From Eledone cirrhosa (taxonomy: Eukaryota), in NCBI GenBank assembly GCA_964016885.1, contig OZ024747.1, positions 88,970,001 through 89,034,000 of the forward strand: DNA of 64,000 nucleotides. The letters run 5' to 3'. The notes under the pieces were generated by a model, which worked only from the letters and a program-made list of their open reading frames with translations, ran no database searches and was not told the origin of the DNA. How positions within the stretch are numbered: the stretch's first letter is position 1; each line of letters starts with the position of its first letter. The position numbers and the translations under genes were made by a program. Shown piece by piece: positions 51,493 to 64,000 of the stretch.

Positions 51493-52406
51493 GGGTAAAG
51501 AAGTGCCAAGAAATCCCAGTAGAAGGAAGACGCAGTCAAAGAAGATCACAAAAAACATGGACAGAGATGGTGAGACCCGTCCCACCTTTGCAAGCAGGGA
51601 AAAGCAGACGTTAAATGATGATGATGATACATCATACACGTACACAAATCTTTTGATAAAACTGAAACCAAGATGGCTAAGAGAGCCAGGAGAATGACAT
51701 CTCTATAGTGGATTATTTCATCTAGCTAGTTCACTTTTTCTATATTCAGAGTTCAAATTCCACTGAAGTTACATTTGACTTTCATCCATTCAAGATCAAT
51801 AAAATACCAATAATGTCGAAGGGTTAATTCAATTGATTATATCTTAACCCTTATAAAACCAATGTTTCATAGAGGCTAGAGTCTAATCAATTCAATTAAC
51901 CTTTGTGCCTTGTAAAAAAAAAATAAAAGTAAAATCAATATTTCATTTTGCTATAGCTCTTCATAAGAGTGTTTACAACAGCCATCAGACTGTCTAATGA
52001 ATATATGATGTAAGCGTTCTTTATATAGCATCCAAAAGCTCAAACTAAATAATCCAATAATCCATACAGTAATTAATCAATCTCCTAAACTGGATTTAAA
52101 TTCAATAATTCATACAGAATTTAATTCTTTGCATCCTGTACCACACGAAACTGCATTAGTAAGACATTCTTGAAAATTACAAAACAGCATTATAACTGCA
52201 CCACATAAAAAGATTGAAGTCGTTACTTTAATATACAGCAAATTTTCAAAGATTTCTACTAGTAGAGATACTATAAACATTTTAATTAACAAATCCATTT
52301 TTAAAGATTTTCTAACAAATCATTACAGGCTGTTAAGAGCTAATTAATCTACTAATTAATAAAAACAAAACTGACTGTCAAAACATCACAAATTAGTTAA
52401 AATTTA

Positions 52407-52593
52407 CCATATATACTCAAATATAAGCTGAGGAATATGTGACCCAAAAAAGTCAATGGTAAAATGGGAGGTTGGCTTATATACACATTCTAAACATTGT
52501 GTTCGTTAGTTGCCTTGATTTATAAACAGGGTTAGGATTTTCGCCTATTTCTCAGACACAAAATAGGCGCCACATACATTCGAGTATATATGG
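52407..52593. mobile_element. Tc1/mariner-superfamily MITE
   Basis: Imperfect TIRs ccatatatactc.aat.ta / tacattcgagtatatatgg with TA-type flanks. Confidence 0.5.
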
Positions 52594-54133
52594 TTATTCA
52601 TATAGGCTCCTCCACTCATTTCAATAACACTTCATACCTATGGAAGAAAACAGTCATTTACTTCAATATATCCATACTTCGTTTTAGATATAATAGCAGA
52701 CTTAACCCTTCTAATATCAAGCCCTGGTCCTGAAACAAAACTACTTTGTTTTAAAATGTTTATATTTATGTAAAATCCTTCCACCAAACTTTCATGTTAA
52801 AGCCATAGTTAAGCTTTAATTCAATTACCAACAATCCCTCCAAATTCTTCATTATTTTCAAAATTATTTTAAATATATAGACAGTATATTTCATTAAAAA
52901 TATGGTAACAAAAGGGTTAATCCACCATTGGTCTTAGGTTTCTTTAGCAGAGTTCACTCTGTAGCAAGCATTTGAACTAAGGATAACCAATGTATTAGAG
53001 TATCTTTCTCTGTTTCCCCTACCAATCTTGGAGGCCCTGTAGAAACTCTGATTGAACCATTAAGAATCTCTTATGTAAACAATATACCAATCTCTTCATT
53101 TCAACACAGCTATATAATTCAGAGAATAGAATAGATCTGCGTCTCTATGTGTCATAAGAGGTGACTAAAAGGGCTAAACCAAAGAAAGGCATCTGGATAT
53201 AGAACATTGCCTCAAAAAGGACCTCATATGGACAGAGTACAGCCTGAAGTACTTAGTGAGAGTGGGACACCCACATCCCCCTCATCAAAACTCAAGGTGG
53301 GAAACCTGGTCACAACAAACGATGAGTTCAGTTCATTTATGATAAGATGGAGGAGGAAATGAAAGTCAGGGGTTTGGTAAGGGGCAGGGATACAGATGAT
53401 AGGATAAAATGGAGCAGCTTGTGATGGGGCCCACAAGGTAAACCTCTACTTTGGCAGGGGAAATGGTTTTAAAACGTTTATTGTTGTATATAATTCATTG
53501 TAATTAGAAAGCTTTCAGTCTTTTCTTAAAAAACCAGCACCTGAAACTATCAATCATCATCATCATTTTACATAGACTTTCCACATTGGCATGAGTTGGG
53601 TGGGTTGACACAGTCTGAGACTAGACAGGTCAGAGTGACCTCCTCTTGCTCATTCTTTCCATATTTAGCATTGTTTCTATGGCTGAATGCCCTTCCTAAT
53701 ACCAACCAACACTACCACTGTACAGAGTGTACTGGATGCATTTTTTCGTGGCACCAGCACTACCATTTCACAGAGTGCCCTGGGTATGTATAATCGGAGC
53801 ACCAACACTAATACTTTACAGGGTGTACTGGGAGCATTTTATTGTTAACACCAACACTAGACAGGTTGTCACATACTGAATCTCTACATAACCTGCTTAA
53901 AGTAACAGCCAAACCTCCCTTATACTGGATCGTAATCTTTTAAAAAATTTAAGAACAGACTCATTGTATTATGTAATCATAACTATTTTGTTACAACCTT
54001 CTATGTTCTGGTTCCAAATACACTTTTCATCATGCCGTGGGTCAATAAAATAAAGTATAAGTAAAGTGATGGGGTTGATAATTGTATTCAACGCCACAAA
54101 ATAAAAAACAAATGGTTGACCTTGTGCTTAAAG

Positions 54134-56752
54134 TAGAAACCATTATGTAGACCTAAATATATTATACTTGAAATCATTATGTAGACCTAGATATATTATA
54201 CTTGAAATCATTATGTAGACCTAGATATATTATACTTGAAACCATTATGTAGACCTAGATATATTATACTTGAAATCATTATGTAGACCTAGATATATTA
54301 TACTAGAAACCATTATGTAGACCTAGATATATTATACTTGAAACCATTATGTAGACCTAGATATATTATACTAGAAACCATTATGTAGACCTAAATATAT
54401 TATACTTGAAATCATTATGTAGACCTAGATATATTATACTTGAAACCATTATGTAGACCTAGATATATTATACTTGAAATCATTATGTAGACCTAGATAT
54501 ATTATACTAGAAACCATTATGTAGACCTAGATATATTATACTAGAAACCATTATGTAGACCTAAATATATTATACTTGAAATCATTATGTAGACCTAGAT
54601 ATATTATACTTGAAATCATTATGTAGACCTAGATATATTATACTTGAAACCATTATGTAGACCTAGATATATTATACTTGAAATCATTATGTAGACCTAG
54701 ATATATTATACTAGAAACCATTATGTAGACCTAGATATATTATACTAGAAACCATTATGTAGACCTAGATATATTATACTAGAAACCATTATGTAGACCT
54801 AGATATATTATACTAGAAACCATTATGTAGACCTAGATATATTATACTTGAAACCATTATGTAGACCTAGATATATTATACTAGAAACCATTATGTAGAC
54901 CTAGATATATTATACTTGAAACCATTCTGTAGACCTAGATATATTATACTAGAAACTATTATGTAGACCTAGATATATTATACTAGAAACCATTATGTAG
55001 ACCTAGATATATTATACTTGAAATCATTATGTAGACCTAGATATATTATACTTGAAATCATTATGTAGACCTAGATATATTATACTTGAAATCATTATGT
55101 AGACCTAGATATATTATACTAGAAACCATTATGTAGACCTAGATATATTATACTTGAAACCATTATGTAGACCTAGATATATTATACTTGAAATCATTAT
55201 GTAGACCTAGATATATTATACTTGAAATCATTATGTAGACCTAGATATATTATACTTGAAATCATTATGTAGACCTAGATATATTATACTTGAAACCATT
55301 ATGTAGACCTAGATATATTATACTTGAAACCATTATGTAGACCTAGATATATTATACTAGAAATCATTATGTAGACCTAGATATATTATACTAGAAATTA
55401 TTATGTAGACCTAGATATATTATACTTGAAATCATTATGTAGACCTAGATATATTATACTAGAAACCATTATGTAGACCTAGATATATTATACTAGAAAT
55501 CATTATGTAAACCTAGATAGATTATACTTGAAATCATTATGTAGACCTAGATATATTATACTTGAAATCATTATGTAGACCTAGATATATTATACTAGAA
55601 ATCATTATGTAGACCTAGATATATTATACTTGAAATCATTATGTAGACCTAGATATATTATACTAGAAATCATTATGTAGACCTAGATATATTATACTTG
55701 AAATCATTATGTAGACGTAGATAGATTATACTTGAAACCATTATGTAGACCTAGATAGATTATACTTGAAACCATTATGTAGACCTAGATATATTATACT
55801 AGAAACCATTATGTAGACCTAGATATATTATACTAGAAACCATTATGTAGACCTAGATATATTATACTTGAAACCATTATGTAGACGTAGATATATTATA
55901 CTTGAAATCATTATGTAGACCTAGATATATTATACTAGAAACCATTATGTAGACCTAGATATATTATACTAGAAACCATTATGTAGAACTAGATATATTA
56001 TACTAGAAACTATTATGTAGACCTAGATATATTATACTAGAAACCATTATGTAGACCTAGATATATTATACTAGAAATCATTATGTAGACCTAGATATAT
56101 TATACTAGAAATCATTATGTAGACCTAGATATATTATACTAGAAACCATTATGTAGACCTAGATATATTATACTAGAAATCATTATGTAGACCTAGATAT
56201 ATTATACTAGAAATCATTATGTAGACCTAGATATATTATACTAGAAATCATTATGTAGACCTAAATATATTATACTAGAAATCATTATGTAGACCTAGAT
56301 ATATTATACTAGAAATCATTATGTAGACCTAGATATATTATACTAGAAACCATTATGTAGACCTAGATATATTATACTAGAAATCATTATGTAGACCTAG
56401 ATATACTAGAAATCATTATGTAGACCTAGATATATTATACTAGAAATCATTATGTAGACCTAGATATATTATACTAGAAATCATTATGTAGACCTAGATA
56501 TATTATACTAGAAACCATTATGTAGACCTAGATATATTATACTTGAAACCATTATGTAAACCTAGATATATTATACTTGAAACCATTATGTAGACCTAGA
56601 TATATTATACTTGAAACCATTATGTAGACCTAGATATATTATACTTGAAACCATTATGTAGACCTAGATATATTATACTAGAAACCATTATGTAGACCTA
56701 GATATATTATACTAGAAACCATTATGTAGACCTAGATATATTATACTTGAAA
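54134..56752. repeat. 34-bp minisatellite, about 77 copies
   Basis: Unit t(a/t)gaaa(c/t)cattatgtagacctagatatattatac; period 34 (for example 54181 to 54215). Confidence 0.97.
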
Positions 56753-58212
56753 AAATGAAAGAATAACAACCATTCATAAGTAGCCAGATGTTTAATATAA
56801 TTGGTTGTATCACATAAAAAATTAAAGTTTTCACTCTAATACGACACATTTTTATAAAGATCTGTCCACAAATAAAGATACTATAAACAAAAATTAAGGT
56901 TTCACTCTAATACTACACATTTTTATACAAATCTGTCCACAAAGATGCTACAAACATTGGAGTGAACAAATATCTTAATTTGATTTTATCCCACTTAAAT
57001 AATTAGGAACCCTCACTACCTTATCAAAAGTAATTCCATATATCAATTTATTTTAATTAAGCACAAAATAAATTATAATGTAGATAGATATAATCAATTC
57101 CATTATATTACTGGTACTTATCAGTCTTAAAAAGATGAAAGCCAAATTATTTGTATTTAGAATTTAAGACATTTACGCTGGTGCTTCACAGTTCTAGCCA
57201 CCCCACCACTACTCTAAGCCTAAAGTCTGTCTTAAGCCAGAAGGCTTGTTAGGCCGGTGCTTATCTTGGTTTCATGGCGTGAAGCGACTGACAGTACAAG
57301 ACTCCCTCCTGGATAGGACACTAGTTCATCGCAGGGTTAAACCTCCAGCTGGTACTCATTTCCAGCTGAGTATACTAGAGCAGCGTGAAATGAAGTGTTT
57401 TGCTCAAGAACAGAACACGCAACCCAGCCCCGGAATCGAACCCACAGTATTATGATCGTAAGTCCAACACCCTTACCATTAGGCCACGTGCCTCTACACC
57501 ACTACTCTAATAAAGACACTGCCTATGATTTTAAAATCATTTTGAAAACAATCAAGAACTTGGATTGATTTAGTAATATTACTAAATTTCTCAATGTTAA
57601 GCTGGTGTTTGGAGCATAACTTAATGCAAGTTCTTACATAAAATTATGATGAAAGCATTTCGGATAGTTATAAACATTGAAAAATAAACAGCTTTGTATC
57701 ATAGAAAGTAGCAGTTCCATGTGGTTAGGTATTAACAATTTTAAAGAAAGAGTTTATATAAACAAACTCCAAACACCCCAGGGAGTGAAAAATATAATAT
57801 TCAACAAGAAATTAGAGCATTGGTGCCAGATACATTATAAGCTGAGATGCAACACTGCCTAGAAAGAGTTTGACTCTGTGGAGTTAAAAATGGGAAGCAT
57901 TTTCAGGATGTTATATTACACAACTAGTTCAAAGTAGTTTCCAAAGTTCAATATATATATATATCATCATCATCATATATTTTATAGAATTTATATATAT
58001 ATATATATATCATCATCATTTAACATCCATTTTCCACACTAGCATGGGTTAGACAAGTTGTCCTGTTGCGAGACAAGCTAGGTCGGATGACCCTGCTTTG
58101 CTCACACAGCTGATTTTGGCTTGGTTTCTACAGCTGGATGCCCTTCTTACAACCAACCGCATTTACAGTGTGTACTGAGCGCTTTTTGTAATGACACCTA
58201 CATGACTGCTTT

Positions 58213-58313
<101 letters not shown>

Positions 58314-59443
58314 GTACCTGGCTTAGTGGTTAGAGCATTGGCCTTGCAATCGAAGAGTTGTGAGTTCAATTCTCAGACCGGGTGATGTGTTGTTTCCTTG
58401 AGCAAGACACTTGATTTCACATTGCTCCAGTTTACTCAGCTGTAGAAATGAGATGATAGGACTGGGGTCCATATCATTCCACTACAAAGTGGTCGTGCAG
58501 GTGCCACGGCAAAAAAGCACCCAGCACTCACTGTAAATGAGGTTGGTGTTAGAAGGGCATCCAGCTGTAGAAATCAAGCCAGAATCAGTTCCCGTCCCAC
58601 CCTTGCAAGCAGGGAAAAGCGGACGTAAAATGATGATGATGATGATGATGATGATGATATATATATGTAAAGGGAACATTTATTTACCTTTTTATTTTAA
58701 AAAGTTAAGTTTCAAATGGAAAGTGACTTTTACATTTGTATAACACACACACACACCTATGCAGAAGTGTAGATAGGTATATATACAGCTACAGGTGCAC
58801 ATCCAAATGCATATAAGCCATTGTACATACATATGCATACACAAACTGAAATCAACAATGGCAAACAAAATCATGTGTGTCAGTATAGATAACAAGGTGT
58901 CGCAACCATATATCTGTTTACTACACATGCAGGATCATGCACACAATTGTATTTAACGTACACACTGGTATAGAAATGTAAACCCCACTCATATAATTAA
59001 GGGGATACACATATTAACAGATAAATGTATAGCCACACATTATATATGTATATAATTAGCGTGGAAAATGGACGTTAAATGAAGATGATGATGATGATGA
59101 TGATGTGTGTGTGTCTATACATATGACTATATATACATAGTTCACTAGATACGCAGACGCATGAATATATATTATGCATATACACATATACAGCTTTACA
59201 TAAATTGGTACACTTTCCAAAAGGCATGAGCAGTAGTATGCACAAACACTATAAACATACACAAATACACACACATATTAAACTGAATATATGCATACAT
59301 GTACATGTATATAAACATACACACACACACCCACATACAAATAACCAAATCTATCTGGATACAGTGATATAATCAGACATATAGGAATTATATATATATA
59401 TAAAAGAGTCAAAGTCAGTGTTGCAGCATATGTACAAACATTA

Positions 59444-59649
59444 TTTGCATATTACAATTGTTCTGATATTGATCAGCTCATAGTACAATCAAGATGACAG
59501 AGTCCGACTTTTTTTCGACATCTCGTCAGATATGTGAGCTTATATGTGCAAAAATACATCTATACTTGCACAAGATGTCAAAGAGTCAAGTCCAATCACC
59601 TTGATTGTACTCTGAGCTGATTGATATCGGAACAATTGTAATATGCAAA
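59444..59649. mobile_element. Foldback remnant with ~80-bp inverted arms and a degenerate hammerhead on the minus strand
   Basis: Arms 59444-59523 and 59573-59649. Minus strand CATAT-CTGACGA-gatgtc...aatatc-aGAACAATTGTA^ATATG. Confidence 0.55.
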
Positions 59650-59741
59650 AACACTGGAATACCACCCAAACGAAATGGACCTTGTAACAGCATTGAATGC
59701 TTTGAATGGCACTGCATTCTGGTAACTATTGTTAAGCACCA

Positions 59742-59790
<49 letters not shown>

Positions 59791-61713
59791 CTGTAAATGT
59801 GCTTGATGTTAGGAAGGGCATCCAGCTGTAAAATACCCGGCCAAATTTACAGTCCTCGCCAAAGCAAGGCATGGCATGGCCAACTCTGACCTGGCTTGTC
59901 TCCCATCGTGATGGACACTAAACGATGATGATAATAGAAGAAAACAAAGGCTCAATGAGATAACCAGCAATGCAAGAGTGTAGACACGTGCAACTATGGC
60001 TGTACGTTGATACATGTAAATACTGTTGTACATAAATACATGCGTGTAAACCAGTATCAACGGTAGCATCTAATATATATATGTGTATAATATATATCTG
60101 AGCATTCACACATTTGTATGTACAGTATACAGGTGCAGGGGCAACTGAACATGGAAAAGAATATACACTCCTGCACAATACATATAAAAAAAAATATAGG
60201 TATGCAAATATATGGGCATCACATCATCGTTATCATTATGTAGGTGTCATGACAAAAAGCACTGTAAATGAGGTTGGCATTAATAAGGGCATCCAGCTGT
60301 AGAAATGAAGCCAAAATCAGTCCTGATGAACAAGACATGGTCACCTAACCTGGCATTGCCCACGGCAGGACAACTCGTCCTGAAATAGATACATGTGCAT
60401 ACAGATAGGAAATACAACTAAATATATGTGACACTGTACCAATAGATTAACATAGATATATACAAACATACAAACATATTGAAAATACGACAGTTGATTG
60501 TAAACTGTTACAATGTAGGTTTGATTGTTAAATAATCAAGCAAATTGTGCATATAACTCCTAATGATGGAGAAAAGAGGATAGAATCGCCTGAGAGAATT
60601 TAACTCATATCATAACAATCCAGTGTACATCAAATGTGAGCTTGATTCCCAGAGATTTATATACTCAACAAATTTAACTAATTTATAATCAACTCTGCAT
60701 TCTAGTAGCTTACAATAAGCTAACATACTTTTGAAATTCAAATTCGTTCCATGCAACATAAAATAATAGTTTATCTGTAAACATATAATTGTATATATAT
60801 GTATGTGTGTGTGTGTGTGTGTATGCATATATGTGTGTGTGTGTGTGTGTGTATGTGTGTGTATATATATATATCCCTTTAGTTACCAACCTGGCCAATA
60901 TAATTTTATATAAGAACTTTACATTGAGTTACAATCTTAGTAATGAAATAATTCTATACTTTTAGTAAATCCCTCAAAATTCTTCATTAATTAATTAATT
61001 AGAAATGCAGTCATTAATGGGATATATATATGATCATGAAGTACAAGTCAACAGGTTATAAACTGTACTTCGTAGAGTGCTCTACCATGCATGCAAAAGT
61101 GTCGGTGATTAACTATCACATACTTTAACATATATATATCATCATTATATACCTAACAGTTTGTCTTGCTTACTCTATTTTCGATTTTTTTTTCTTTACT
61201 TGAACTCCTTTATTTCTCTAGCTCCTTTGTGATCCTGTCTCTATTTTTGTACCCCTGAAGAAGGGCTAAAGTCTGACACGTCAAACTTTCTTTCACCTTT
61301 TCCATATAATATATAATATATCATCATCATCATCATTTTACGTCAGCTTTTCCTTGCTTGCAAGGGTGGGACGGGAACTGATTCTGACTTGATTTCTACA
61401 GCTGGATGCCCTTTCCTAACACCAACCTCATTTACAGTGAGTGCTGGGTGCTTTTTTTCCGAGGTGCCTACACGTCCACTTTACAGTGTGGGCTGGGTGC
61501 TTTTTTGCCGTGGCACCTCTACGACCACTTTGCAGTGGAATGATATGGACCCCAGTCCCTATCATCTCATTTCTACAGCTGAGTAAACTGGAGCAATGTG
61601 AAATAAAGTGTCTTGCTCAAGGTAACAACATATCACCCGGTCTGAGAATTGAACTCACAACCTTTCGATTGCAAGGCCAATGCTCTACTCTAACCACTAA
61701 GCTATGAACCTCC

Positions 61714-61760
<47 letters not shown>

Positions 61761-62094
61761 TACAAACATATGCACATGTACAGGTAGATCCACACAACCA
61801 CAACTACATATATAAGTACAGAACAGAGTATAACTATGCATATACAAAAGTTGACAAATAAATAAATACAAACACATGGAATAGAAGGAAGTGGAACCTG
61901 TCTTGATTTCAATAATGAATGTTCTAGTTGTTTAATCAATGGAACAGCTGGCTTGTGAAATTAACACAAATATATGGCAGAGTATTTCACAGGAATGTGT
62001 ACTTTTAACATCATTTTCAAGGAAATTCAGCATGACATGTGTGACAGAAGTAGAAACAATTATTATTATTAGTAGTAGTAGTATTATTAACATA

Positions 62095-62697
62095 AGGTCG
62101 GTGGATTGGCAGTATCGGTAGAGCGTCGGACACCCTGGTTCGTGGCATACAGTTAATGTCCTTTACTTTCTGAGTTCAAATCCTGCAGGGGTTAGCTTTG
62201 CCTTTCATCCTTACGGGCCGATAAAATAAAGTATCAGTAACACACTGAGGTCGATTTAATCAACATCCCTTCCCCCAAAATTGTAAACCTTGTGCCTAAA
62301 TCAGAAACAATTATTATTTTTGGATTGGCAGTATCTGTAGAGCATCAGACACCATGCTTTGCAGCACAGAGTTATGGCCCTTTGCGTTCGTTTTGAGTTA
62401 AAATCCCGCCAAGGTTAACTTTGCCTTTCATCCTTACAGGGTCGATAAAGTAAAGTACCAGTAATGCACTGGGGTAATTGCTGGCCTTGTACCAAAAGTA
62501 GAAATAATTATTATTATTAGGCAGTATCGGTAGAGGGTCGGACGCCATGCTTTCCAGCATAGTTACGTCCCTTTACGGTCTGAGTTCAAATCCTGTCAAT
62601 GTTAACTTTGCCTTTCATCCTTGCGGGGTCAATAAAGTACCAGTAATGTACTGAGTAATTGCTGGCCTTGTGCCAAAAGTAGAAACAATTATTATCA
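62095..62697 (+). mobile_element. Three head-to-tail copies of tRNA-derived SINE family B
   Basis: Each copy reads ggcagtatcggtagag...gagttcaaatcc...ctttgcctttcatcctt.cggggtcgataaa...ccttgtgcc.aaa..agaaacaattatt. Dispersed copies at 7373-7542, 24286-24425, 40087-40232, 42973-43186, 47993-48209 and ~54026-54146. Confidence 0.85.
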
Positions 62698-63577
62698 ATT
62701 TCTTGTTCCCGAAAACTTACATTCCTAGTCATTACATCATTTACTTTATTCTCAGCCTTCCTCTTGTTTAACTCTTTTTCTGATCACTTCTAAGTTACTG
62801 TTAGGCTGCATAAAATAATAGGATAAAACAAAATAAAACCAGTAATTACTGTTTGGGAGAAGTGTACAAATCTCAACCAACTGGCAAAATGCTTATTTAC
62901 TATAATTATCACAGTTATTATCAAAATAATAAAATAAACCAAATGAAAGCAGAGCTTAAGATTGCTTGTACATTTTTTCTAAATCAATATGCAACAAGTG
63001 AAACTTGAAATATTAACGACATTCCAGATGTGTCAAAACTGTTATTTTACAAGCTTGTCATTAATTAAGAAGCTATGTTCTGAAAGGCATCATCCTTGAT
63101 CTGGGACAGTAACAGGTGGTGTTTGCATATGCAGATATCACCATCATCATCATGACCACGTCACAAGTTCACATGTCAAACAGAATGAATATGAAATGGT
63201 GACAGGAGCAGTGATTAACCCCCAAAAAAACTGATAAGCTTACAATTCAATATGTAGCTGGTAAACCAGGTCCATGTTAACTGGTACTACAGACTGAACG
63301 TTCAGTTATGTTACTTAGGAGTCTATCATCATTTTATATTTGTTGATGCTTACATGGGTTGGATAGGTCTTCTGCAGCACAGCATCTCACTACATGTTAT
63401 AGCCCCCCCCCCCCTCCTATCAGCAGGTCAGCTTTCAACATTTCTTCTTCTCCCATTCATCCCTCTTTATTTATCATCCTCCATACACATTAGATGTCCA
63501 GACCACTTCACTCTTCTATCATACACACTATATCTCATTCCTCTTATACCCAATTTTTCTCTCAACTCACTTGTTCA

Positions 63578-64000
63578 GTCATTCATCATCATCATCTTTT
63601 TTACGTCCGTTTTTCCACACTTGCATGGGTTGGACGGGTCCCTTTCAGCACAATATCTCTCCATATGTCGCAACCCTTTGTCATCATCACTGTGAATTTC
63701 AGTGATTTGAGATCTGCTGTAACCACCACCCAGGTCTTCCTCTACTGCGGCTTCCTTCCACTGGAATTTCTTGGCACTTCTTCACCAAGTGATCACAATC
63801 CATGCACATCACATGTTCATACCAATACAGTCTTCTCTCTTCATTCATGCATACTAACATTAAACATGCAGTAGAACATACTTGGTCCATTTCTTTCCAG
63901 CTTCAACATATCTTCTGCTTCCAGTACAAAAGTTTCACTACCATACAACATAGCACTTCATACATTCATACACAAGCATCATATAATCAGCTTTTCACTT
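63578..64000 (-). mobile_element. RTE LINE 3' fragment
   Basis: RRLYWYEHVMCMD...KKCQEIPVEGSRSRGRP with an (ATG)n tail. Confidence 0.8.

Noticed and set aside
54134-56752. CRISPR-like regular repeat array
   Set aside because: Units are contiguous with no unique spacers and there are no cas genes; eukaryotic minisatellite.

Overview
AT-rich, repeat-dense animal genomic DNA, not prokaryotic. The SINE, RTE and microsatellite landscape suggests a mollusc, probably a coleoid cephalopod such as octopus (inference). The only intact protein-coding gene I can support is WDR48/UAF1 on the minus strand: six internal coding exons between 77 and 15812 with GT-AG boundaries and consistent phases. Its first coding exon was not found. 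The rest is transposon-derived or decayed: a 2.7-kb RTE LINE with a PHD finger inside its RT, other RTE fragments, an R4/Dong-type LINE 3' end, three SINE families, two piggyBac-type TTAA MITE families (one repeatedly nested in the other), and a 34-bp minisatellite. The most unusual signals are (i) minimal type I hammerhead ribozymes in foldback structures next to (TA)n tracts (Penelope-like), (ii) a U6 snRNA-RTE chimeric retrocopy, (iii) a Transib/RAG1-core-like transposase remnant, and (iv) a heavily decayed, intron-containing SMYD4-like pseudogene on the plus strand. Most entries in the supplied ORF track are spurious. All protein and RNA family calls come from my manual reading of motifs; no searches were run.
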